The notes: a model not told the origin generated them from the letters alone. A stretch of 18,618 nucleotides of DNA from Armatimonadota bacterium (GCA_039680575.1 JBDKSP010000028.1:1-18618), one strand, 5' to 3'. Positions 1-7,653 are shown, numbered from the stretch's first letter. Numbers and translations: made by a program.

Positions 1-124
1 TGTACACATTGAGACATTACGATTTTTGGGCTCGTATGGGCCCAAATCTGAACCAAACTGGGCCGCGAAACCACCGAAGCATGTCCATTTGCAGGCCCAC
101 TTCCGTGGTCATGAATAAAGCAGG

Positions 125-1222
125 CTAAGTAGTTACATTCCTTTTCCACTTGAGTGTCAGAGTGAAGAACACCGCTAATACGATCAGTTTCCACGCCAAC
201 GGGATAAATGGGCCAGCCCGATGCCTTCCGATAGGTTGTGTGACCCCGGGCACCCCAAGTTGCGCGTTGCGCAGTTGGACAATTCCATCCTTGTTCCATC
301 GGGCTGTGTCTGTCGTTACGTGAAGCGTTCCAGTGAAAACCTGAAACGGCTTCCAAAGCGGTGGTGTCTGCGACTCATCGGCTGGGTAAACAGTAATTGC
401 ATTATAGACCGTCGGAGGCGTACCCTGCGCGACGCCATCCCACCACATCTTCGCAACAATCAGCCTTGGAGGTTGTGATGAGTTGCGCCCTACACAATAA
501 CCGGCAACAACCACGCGTTTACCGTTCATCACCCGAAGAGTCTGTGCGACGCCGCCAGACTTGGGGTTCTTCGCTATTGCTATGAGCGGCGTATAGTCAA
601 AGAGTGGGAGCTTCGCTTTCTTTGCTGAACTTACTGGATCTACGTCGGGTATATCATCTCCGACTCTTGTAAGGGAGTCTCCTTCCATCCTATAGATGTA
701 ACCGTCGTTGGGTTTCGGATCAACAAAGAACTTCCCGCTGATCATCACAGGATTAAGCCTCTGGAACTTGACCGGCTCTTTCATCTCCACAAGGATATAC
801 TGATTGAACTGAGGACGAGGACCGTAGCAGCAGGTCTGAGTGCTTCGCAAGAGGCAGAAGTCCTTGATTCTATCGCCAATCTGCAAGGGATACATGAAGC
901 CTACGCAATCGAAAGCGCGACCGTTCAGAGCCTTTATCGGTTTTGGACATGGTGGTCTGGAGTCGACGGCAAAGTCCCATTCTCCGAGTGTGGAAAAGTG
1001 CAGAAATTTCTCGCCATTACTCGCATCAAGAGCTTGCTCATCAATACCGATAGTATTATGGCTGGTATCGCCGTTTTCCGCACGAACACTCAACTGGATA
1101 GCTGATTTACCACCAGCCAGGTTGCGTTGAGTGATGAAACCGTAAATAGAATCCGCTGCGAAGATTGCCAGTATTAGCGGCAGTCCATAAATCAGCAGTT
1201 TCCTGTGTCTTACACTAAGCAT
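125..1222 (-). CDS. DUF3299-like (ZrgD/PA4066-like) membrane-anchored protein with two tandem domains
   Basis: 365 aa. N-terminal and C-terminal hydrophobic helices. Motif LNG..GFMYPL..F.L....CCYG.P..NQYI.V typical of DUF3299, and a second similar domain (MNGKRVVVAGY..WWDGVAQGTPP). SD CAGGAG upstream of the ATG. Confidence 0.75.
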   Translation of the reverse strand: MLSVRHRKLLIYGLPLILAIFAADSIYGFITQRNLAGGKSAIQLSVRAENGDTSHNTIGIDEQALDASNGEKFLHFSTLGEWDFAVDSRPPCPKPIKALNGRAFDCVGFMYPLQIGDRIKDFCLLRSTQTCCYGPRPQFNQYILVEMKEPVKFQRLNPVMISGKFFVDPKPNDGYIYRMEGDSLTRVGDDIPDVDPVSSAKKAKLPLFDYTPLIAIAKNPKSGGVAQTLRVMNGKRVVVAGYCVGRNSSQPPRLIVAKMWWDGVAQGTPPTVYNAITVYPADESQTPPLWKPFQVFTGTLHVTTDTARWNKDGIVQLRNAQLGVPGVTQPIGRHRAGPFIPLAWKLIVLAVFFTLTLKWKRNVTT

Positions 1223-1237
1223 TACAAACTCCTGGAA

Positions 1238-1732
1238 CTAATCGGGATCGTAGCCCTTGGGATATTCGATCCTGAGAGGTGTTTTCTTTCTTTTGAACGT
1301 TATTTGGCCGTCCGCGGTGAACTCGGAAAGACCTTTAAGCCAAGGCGCATTACCCTCAAAGTAAGAGCAATCACCGGCCTTTTCACCTGCAAGATCAAGA
1401 GGGCTGGGGCTCAGAACAAGTGTCTTCATTCCTTCGTTCGTCTTTACTTGAAGCCGGATTGAACTGTCCGGTATACGAACGGACATACCTGTATTATGTC
1501 CCCCGCTGACAAACCAGAGTTGCAGCTTCTCACCACTCAACTTCACCTCCGCATGGCCATTTTCGCAGGTCACTATTGCATTGAGTGTGCCTCCATGCGC
1601 CGATTTGTGTCCGTGTTTGTGTTCTTGCGGCTGTGCTATGTGTGAGTGGCTCGATTTTGCTTGATTGGAACAACCACTGCATATCATACAAGCGAGCAAT
1701 ATCGCGCTCGCGACGGAAATAAATCTAGGCAT
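1238..1732 (-). CDS. His-rich putative metal-binding lipoprotein
   Basis: Start moved to ATG 1732 (MPRFISV..., SD AAAGGA), which gives a signal peptide with lipobox-like CSGC. Followed by HSHIAQPQEHKHGHKSAHGG, CENGHAE and GDCSYF. Confidence 0.75.
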   Translation of the reverse strand: MPRFISVASAILLACMICSGCSNQAKSSHSHIAQPQEHKHGHKSAHGGTLNAIVTCENGHAEVKLSGEKLQLWFVSGGHNTGMSVRIPDSSIRLQVKTNEGMKTLVLSPSPLDLAGEKAGDCSYFEGNAPWLKGLSEFTADGQITFKRKKTPLRIEYPKGYDPD

Positions 1733-1746
1733 AATAAATAATATTC

Positions 1747-1802
1747 CTTTTATCAAAAACTCTCCGAAGAATTTTCGGCTGTATTGCAGCCGAAAATCAA
1801 TA
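1747..1802 (-). repeat. Shortened third copy (C) of the structured intergenic element
   Basis: Minus strand reads TATTGATTTTCGGCTG-CAATA-CAGCCGAAAATTCTTCGGAGAGTTTTTGATAAAAG. It has a perfect 11-bp stem (1771-1781/1787-1797) and aligns with the first stem and junction of copies A and B. Confidence 0.6.
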
Positions 1803-1872
1803 GATGATGCTACCGCGGCAGCGCTTTTAAAAAAAGTGCGACAGATGCACAATATTAAGGTGTGATCCACTA

Positions 1873-2874
1873 TTAGCCGCCGCTGTCGGTAGATTTTGGT
1901 CTTTCAACTTTTGCGTTTTTCATTATCTGTGAGTATATACTCTTGAATTCTTTCTCCACGAAGTATGACTCACAGAATTTTACTATGTCGCTGTCGCTCA
2001 TCGGTTTCCACTTGATGATGTGGTAACCCCAGGAACTCTCGAAGGGCTTGCTGGTCTCGCCGGGCTTTAGCTTAGATATCATCTCATCAAATTCCTGGCC
2101 ATATGACGCCCTATCGATGAAACCAAGCATCCCACCTTTGTGTTTGCTGGTCATATCCTCCGACACCGATTTTGCGACAGCCCCGAACGACTCTCCAGAC
2201 TGCAATCTGTCCCAGGCCGTCTTTGCCTTTTGGCTGATAGATGCCCTAATCTTATCTGGATTTGAGTCAAAACCTGGCTGTTGGAATGTATTGAAGAATA
2301 TCTGGCAGGCATTCACATAGCGGGCGCGGATAAATTTGCTCTGAGCGCCTATTTCCTTGAGCACCTTGGCTTTGTCCTGATGTGACTTACTCCATGATGT
2401 CTGCGCATAGTCTGAAAGGCCGATGTTATTTCTTATCTCCTGGCGAAGCTCATCGCGAGTGTATCCCACTGCAGAAAGATAAGCATCGAGGCTGGGGTAA
2501 GTGCAGCAGGCACATCCCTTGCTTGGAGGGTTCTTTTCAAGCTTCTCTATCTCCTTTTCGACAAGCTCCTCTCGAACACGAACACCATGTTTGGTGAGAA
2601 ATTGCCGAACTGCCATCTGAGATATCATTCGTGATAGCTTGTTTTCCTTGAGATTGTCTAAAGTGTCGCTGAACGAATCACTCGGCAACCCTCGATTGAT
2701 ATCGACCTCATATATTGGTTCACCATTCACCCGAGCAACGACAGTGCTTGCCTCGATACGAGCATTCCGAATGTAGTTGAATGCGTAACCGCCTGCGCCT
2801 AGAACCACTATTACCGCGATAATCAATGTTCTCAACGGTAAAGGTCTCCGGCTGCTCTGCTCTTCGATACTCAT
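1873..2874 (-). CDS. PpiC/parvulin-type peptidyl-prolyl isomerase (PrsA/SurA-like foldase), membrane anchored
   Basis: N-terminal TM helix, VVARVNGEPI SurA/PrsA N-domain motif, and parvulin motifs F..VAK..SED..S...GG.LG and SKPFESSWGYHII. Confidence 0.85.
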   Translation of the reverse strand: MSIEEQSSRRPLPLRTLIIAVIVVLGAGGYAFNYIRNARIEASTVVARVNGEPIYEVDINRGLPSDSFSDTLDNLKENKLSRMISQMAVRQFLTKHGVRVREELVEKEIEKLEKNPPSKGCACCTYPSLDAYLSAVGYTRDELRQEIRNNIGLSDYAQTSWSKSHQDKAKVLKEIGAQSKFIRARYVNACQIFFNTFQQPGFDSNPDKIRASISQKAKTAWDRLQSGESFGAVAKSVSEDMTSKHKGGMLGFIDRASYGQEFDEMISKLKPGETSKPFESSWGYHIIKWKPMSDSDIVKFCESYFVEKEFKSIYSQIMKNAKVERPKSTDSGG

Positions 2875-2880
2875 AATGAC

Positions 2881-4131
2881 TTACTCCATAATACTAAGAT
2901 TTCGCAGGATACTCATGCGATATGCCTGGACCGCGGGAATCAGTCCCGCGAATGCTCCCATCAGGGTGATGATCGGCAGTACCCATACATCTGATGATGA
3001 GATGAAGCTAGAGGAGAACTGCATCCCGGTTTCGACTGCTATATAGCGGCTTCCAAATGCAACCAGTAGATGTCCAAAGGTGATGCCCAGGACTGTTCCA
3101 AAGATACTGAGAAGAACTGCTTCGGATATAATCAGTCCGAATACCGTCCGCCTGTTCGCGCCAAGCATTCGCATCATGGCGAGTTCTCTACGCTGCTCGC
3201 GAAGAGCAGTTATCAGGACAACGAATAAGAACATAATGGCAAGCAGTGTAACCAGTGATCCTACGATAAACATCACCTTGTCCACCCAGCCGATGATGTC
3301 GAGTATCCTTGGAATTACTTCACTTGGCACTACCAATTGAGCTTGAGTAGATTGATCGACCTCATACTTGAGGTTCTGGACACCCGGGTGCATCGCACCG
3401 CCTCTGATGTGACGCAGTTTGATATATGCTCCGCTTATTTCACGCTGCGATGGATCCGTTGCCATTGTCGCCACATTTGCGCCGTGTCCCTCGAGCGTAT
3501 AGAAAGTCTTCAGAGGAATGTAAATAGCGCGGTCGTGAGGTGTTCCGGTCGGAGCGAGTATTCCGACGAAGCTGATACGGTCGTGTGCATGGACGGGGTC
3601 TCCGGAATGTACGCCGCACACGGGATTGAATGTATCACCGAGATGAAGTCCAAGTGCCCGGGCTGCCGTCCAGCCAGCAACCGCTTCATCGCGAGCCCTA
3701 AACATCCGGCCCTGGCCTCCAGCATTAGGATCGAAGGAGAATCGTTTACCGGGCTGGTACTCAAATGAGGTGAAGAAACGGTCATCTATTGCATTAACTC
3801 GAAAGTCTGCATAGGAATGTCCGGTGACAAAAGGAATCGCATCCACTACAAGTGGATCTTTTCGGAATTTCTCGTAATAGGTCCACTTTATCTTACCGGG
3901 CATTTCCTCAAGGTGGTAGAGTGCATTGAGTGCAATCTGCAGCGGTGAACCCTTCGGTCCAAGAATGGCATCTACTCCGACACCTTCAGTCATGAATTGC
4001 CGATGAGATTGCTCTCGGAAAGATACGACGGCGGACAGAAGCCCCACACCAAGCGTGATGCTGATCAGTGCGAGGATTGTCGAGAACCGATGACGCCGTA
4101 TATTGTGAATCAGTATTCGCCAGAAACTCAT
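2881..4131 (-). CDS. ABC transporter permease, FtsX/MacB family (ZrgC/PA4065-like)
   Basis: Start at ATG 4131 (ATGA overlap with the ATPase stop, SD GGAGGT). Motifs DAILGPKGSPLQIALNALYHL and REQRRELAMMRMLGA, 1+3 TM topology, His-containing extracytoplasmic loop VHSGDPVHAHD. Confidence 0.9.
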   Translation of the reverse strand: MSFWRILIHNIRRHRFSTILALISITLGVGLLSAVVSFREQSHRQFMTEGVGVDAILGPKGSPLQIALNALYHLEEMPGKIKWTYYEKFRKDPLVVDAIPFVTGHSYADFRVNAIDDRFFTSFEYQPGKRFSFDPNAGGQGRMFRARDEAVAGWTAARALGLHLGDTFNPVCGVHSGDPVHAHDRISFVGILAPTGTPHDRAIYIPLKTFYTLEGHGANVATMATDPSQREISGAYIKLRHIRGGAMHPGVQNLKYEVDQSTQAQLVVPSEVIPRILDIIGWVDKVMFIVGSLVTLLAIMFLFVVLITALREQRRELAMMRMLGANRRTVFGLIISEAVLLSIFGTVLGITFGHLLVAFGSRYIAVETGMQFSSSFISSSDVWVLPIITLMGAFAGLIPAVQAYRMSILRNLSIME

Positions 4132-4805
4132 TGAGCCACCTCCAATGCACAAGCCCGGTTGATGTCGGAAAAACGCACCCGGTTTTCGAACTGTGCGATA
4201 ATATCCGGCTCATGGCTGACCAGGACCAGCGCGCTGCCCTGAGCTTCACACATAGAGCGAAGCAGACTGACCACTTGGGTTTTGTTGCGAGGGTCAAGAG
4301 AACCCGTAGGTTCATCAGCCAGAATAACTTCCGGCTTCTTCGCAAGCGCCCTCGCAATTGCTACTCGCTGCTGTTCGCCAAGCGACATTTCGGACGGACT
4401 ATGCCTAAGCCTTGAGCCTATACCGACCTGCTCAAGCAGCGATTCCGCGAGCTTACGGTCAGGTTTGACAGAGCAGAAGGTCATTCCCATAAGCACATTG
4501 TCCAGCGCAGTGTAGCCGCTCAAAAGGTTGAAGTTTTGAAACACATAACCTATTCTTCGTGCTCGAAATCGATCTCGCTCGGCTTCGGACATCTGGGAGA
4601 CGACTTCGCCGCAGACTGTTACCTGCCCGCTCGAAGGAAGAAGCACTCCAGCGATCATATGCAGCAGAGTAGATTTTCCCGAACCGGACGGGCCGAAAAT
4701 GGCGATCTGCTCGCCCCTTTCCACACGCCAGTATGGTACATCGACTACTTTCAGGGTCTCGTCCCCGATGGAGTAGTTGAGGCACAAGTCCTTTATTTCT
4801 ATCAT
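4128..4805 (-). CDS. ABC transporter ATP-binding protein, LolD/MacB family (ZrgB-like)
   Basis: Walker A GPSGSGKS, signature MSLGEQQRVAIARAL, Walker B ILADEPTG, H-loop VSH. Start ATG 4805 with SD AAGGAG. Confidence 0.93.
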   Translation of the reverse strand: MIEIKDLCLNYSIGDETLKVVDVPYWRVERGEQIAIFGPSGSGKSTLLHMIAGVLLPSSGQVTVCGEVVSQMSEAERDRFRARRIGYVFQNFNLLSGYTALDNVLMGMTFCSVKPDRKLAESLLEQVGIGSRLRHSPSEMSLGEQQRVAIARALAKKPEVILADEPTGSLDPRNKTQVVSLLRSMCEAQGSALVLVSHEPDIIAQFENRVRFSDINRACALEVAQ

Positions 4806-5029
4806 AGAAACACTCCTTAGCATCGACTGAGATTCGACTCCGACCATAGCCAAAATCCAGTCAATGAATTCATATCCATCATCATTTTATATTCCGATTT
4901 CCTCGATTTGCTTCATCCATGTATATAATCATCTGACTTGGCGTAAGCAAGAGCCGGAAATATACATGAATTCACGCCTGAGTAAGGCGCATTTAGCGTG
5001 CAAAATGCCGATAAGTTCTGGAAAAGTGA

Positions 5030-5374
5030 TTATATGGTGGGAGGAGATCTAGAGTGAGATTTACAGGAGAATACTGTATAGATGATCTGATTAAGCTCTT
5101 GGATAGGACTTTCTAATGCAGAAGTGGGTTGAAAGTGGAATTGAGGAGCGAATGTTGTGATGTTTGACCCGGAAGCCAAGATATCACAAGCTGCGCAATG
5201 ATTTTCCTCGCTATTCTGAGCAGCAATGCATATACCTGTTCCAGTCCCGAGCGACTCGTATTCCCCGCGAAACGGGCCGTGCGTATGCACATTGCTCGCG
5301 ATAAGGAGTAACGAAAATGCTACCAGGCAGATTGCCGCAGCTAGTCTTCTATTGAACCTGGTCATTAGTTTCAC
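5030..5374 (-). CDS. DUF2946-like small exported protein (HxH, CxxC, C-terminal RSPP); candidate regulatory upstream ORF
   Basis: 114 aa with a signal/TM segment, HTH right after it, HCAAC (5186-5200) and C-terminal SRSPPTI. GTG start with SD AGGA. Confidence 0.75.
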   Translation of the reverse strand: MKLMTRFNRRLAAAICLVAFSLLLIASNVHTHGPFRGEYESLGTGTGICIAAQNSEENHCAACDILASGSNITTFAPQFHFQPTSALESPIQELNQIIYTVFSCKSHSRSPPTI

Positions 5375-5382
5375 GTTGTTTC

Positions 5383-5546
5383 CTATTGAGTTTCAGAAGA
5401 TAAAGTAACAGCCTAAAAGTTATATAAACAGTTCTCTGATATAGCTTTATCTGTTGATTTTACACTTATACCTGAAACTCTTCCGGAAGAGTTTTGGCTT
5501 GAGACGTAATGCATATTTGTTCACATCAACTGCCAAAACTCTATAA
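5383..5546 (-). repeat. Structured intergenic element, copy A
   Basis: Its reverse complement aligns over about 165 bp with 6716-6879. Core 5448-5481 matches 6782-6815 at 33/34 positions. Contains several internal inverted repeats. Confidence 0.9.
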
Positions 5547-5859
5547 TATAAATTTTACTCACAGATGAGACTATTGTCAAGTTGCTTCTGTGTGTAATTA
5601 GCATCTATGATTGTGATGCGGTATGGATGTGATCGCAGATTAATTTGATAAGGAGTCAAAGTAGATGCCAAGAGGCCAAGGCCATCGGTACGGCGGAGAG
5701 CGCTCAGCACATGCGCAATGGGCAATCCATATCGATTTGTTGAGCCGGTCACTTGCCATAAGTGCCGGTCGTGATGCAAAATAGATGTGCAAGTATAGAT
5801 GTGCGTGCCTGCCGCATGCATACGTGCTTGATAGTCGTTTTATTTGAAAGGAAGATGAG

Positions 5860-6711
5860 TTGAAACCAATAGCAATAGCGACATGGAGATTCGGAGTAGC
5901 TGCATGCACTGAGACAATGAAGCATCTCCATGCAGGCGCAAATGGAATGGATGCCGTAGAAAGCGGCATAAGGGTTATCGAGGAAGATACCAGCGTCGAA
6001 ACGGTTGGTTACGGCGGAGCGCCGAACTCGGACGGTATAGTTGAACTCGATGCGGCTATGATGTGGGGACCCGGCCGGCGATTGGGCGGCGTTGCATCGC
6101 TGAGAGATATAGGTGAAGCCATCTCTGTCGCAAGACGGGTGTTGGAGAATACGCCGCACTGTCTCCTGGCCGGAGAAGGCGCAAAACAATTCGCCATAGA
6201 AAACGGCTTCAAGCCGAGGAATATGCTCACAGAGACCAGCAAGAAGAAATGGGAGCAGTGGAAAGCGACCGGCTACATGGAGGAGTCCCATGATACGGTC
6301 TGCGTACTTGCCATCGACAGCAACGGCGATGTCTGCGCAGGTACGTCTACAAGCGGTATCAGATACAAGCTCCCGGGTAGAGTAGGGGATACACCTCTCT
6401 GCGGCGGTGGACTGTACTGTGACAATGAAATAGGTGCGGCGGCATCTACAGGACAGGGCGAAGACATTATGCGCTACGCTATGAGTTTCCGCGTGGTAGA
6501 AGAGATGCGCCGCGGCGTAAGCCCGATGGAAGCCTGCCGTTCTACTATGTTATGGGCTGTTACGGACGACCCCCGGATGAGAGACAGAATATCCTGCGTG
6601 ATGGCTCTTAATAAAGCAGGAGAGTGGGGTGCGGCAGCCAGTAAGGTAGGGTTCTCAGTCGCTTACGGCAATTCCGAGGACATCAAGAGAATAATAATCG
6701 ATCCGGTATAG
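5860..6711 (+). CDS. N(4)-(beta-N-acetylglucosaminyl)-L-asparaginase / isoaspartyl peptidase (Ntn hydrolase, type 2 asparaginase)
   Basis: N-terminal ATW, VGYGG.P..G.VELDA, autocleavage site HD|TV, GTSTSG..K.PGRVGD.P and STGQGE. TTG start with SD GAAAGGA. Confidence 0.92.
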   Translation: MKPIAIATWRFGVAACTETMKHLHAGANGMDAVESGIRVIEEDTSVETVGYGGAPNSDGIVELDAAMMWGPGRRLGGVASLRDIGEAISVARRVLENTPHCLLAGEGAKQFAIENGFKPRNMLTETSKKKWEQWKATGYMEESHDTVCVLAIDSNGDVCAGTSTSGIRYKLPGRVGDTPLCGGGLYCDNEIGAAASTGQGEDIMRYAMSFRVVEEMRRGVSPMEACRSTMLWAVTDDPRMRDRISCVMALNKAGEWGAAASKVGFSVAYGNSEDIKRIIIDPV

Positions 6712-6715
6712 CTAT

Positions 6716-6879
6716 TTATAGATTTTCGGCTGTTCAGTCAACAAACAATCGTATATTGGCTGTTGACGAAAATCTTTAGGGAGAGTTTCAGGTATAAGTG
6801 CAAAATCAACAGATACAACAGCATCGGGAACTGGTTATATACCTGTAAGGCTGTTGTATTATCGCCTGAAACTCAGTAG
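6716..6879 (+). repeat. Structured intergenic element, copy B
   Basis: Inverted copy of 5383-5546. It fills nearly the whole asparaginase-comF intergenic region and ends at the comF SD. Confidence 0.9.
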
Positions 6880-6885
6880 AGGCTT

Positions 6886-7629
6886 ATGAAAAGCAGCGGC
6901 ATATCATCAGAAAATAGCAGGCGGTTTCTCAGGGATATTTGGGACGGAGCGCTTGATCTTATCTATCCCCCCAAATGTCTCGTATGCGGAGAAATGCAGC
7001 AAAAGTATTTTTGCGATGAATGTCTTGCCGGTATTGCCTGGATAGAGCCTCCGGTATGTTCATTTTGCGGAAAACCGATAGATGAAAAGCCGTGTCTCGA
7101 ATGTAATGAGATGGATTTTGCATTCGACAGCGCACGGTCCGTAGCCGCTTATGATGGAACACTGAAAGAAGCTATCCATAAGTTTAAATATTCCGGTCAA
7201 CGCGTGCTTGGACCGGTGCTTGCGGCGCTTGTCGTCGATCACCTAAGAAGAAGAGACCAAATAAGACGAGTCGGATGTATCATTCCCGTTCCGATACATC
7301 CGACTCGTTTGCGTTATCGCGGGTTCAACCAGTCTGAAATACTTGCTGAAGAGATTGGCAGGGCTTTCGGGCTTCCGGTGCTGGTACAGGTTCTCAATAG
7401 AACCCGGCCGACGCGTCCACAGGTAAACCTCAGGATAGATGAACGCCACGGAAATGTCGAAGGCGCTTTTGAAGTAGGTCCTGGGTCAGCCAGAAGGATA
7501 AGCGGGATGAAAGTCCTTTTGGTGGATGATGTATATACTACGGGGAGCACTTCGGACGCTGCAGCGCGTGCTTTGAAGGATGCAGGAGCAGCGGAAGTTC
7601 ATGTACTGACTCTTGCCAGAAGCCTTTGA
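6886..7629 (+). CDS. comF: ComF family protein (double zinc ribbon + phosphoribosyltransferase domain)
   Basis: Four CxxC pairs, IPVPIH..R...RGFNQSE, and the PRPP-binding loop LLVDDVYTTGST. Confidence 0.93.
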   Translation: MKSSGISSENSRRFLRDIWDGALDLIYPPKCLVCGEMQQKYFCDECLAGIAWIEPPVCSFCGKPIDEKPCLECNEMDFAFDSARSVAAYDGTLKEAIHKFKYSGQRVLGPVLAALVVDHLRRRDQIRRVGCIIPVPIHPTRLRYRGFNQSEILAEEIGRAFGLPVLVQVLNRTRPTRPQVNLRIDERHGNVEGAFEVGPGSARRISGMKVLLVDDVYTTGSTSDAAARALKDAGAAEVHVLTLARSL

Positions 7630-7653
7630 TGGATAAAACCGCCGTACAAGGGA

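Noticed and set aside
8..25. Zur box (ATTACGATTT half-site)
   Set aside because: Only one half-site matches the Bacillus-type box, and it lies downstream of the operon. I found no convincing Zur/Fur box upstream of 5374.
1733..1870. N-terminal extension of the lipoprotein ORF (likewise the longest-ORF starts for purC, csp, kbl, ATPase and permease)
   Set aside because: Downstream starts have better SDs and match family N-termini. This extension runs through a non-coding hairpin.
5718..5795. Selenoprotein-like frame (…CHKCRS-TGA-C…)
   Set aside because: No convincing SD or SECIS-like hairpin, and another stop follows within a few codons.
6716..6879. Integron attC site
   Set aside because: No clear RYYYAAC/GTTRRRY ends, copies are inverted rather than in a direct array, and there is no integrase.
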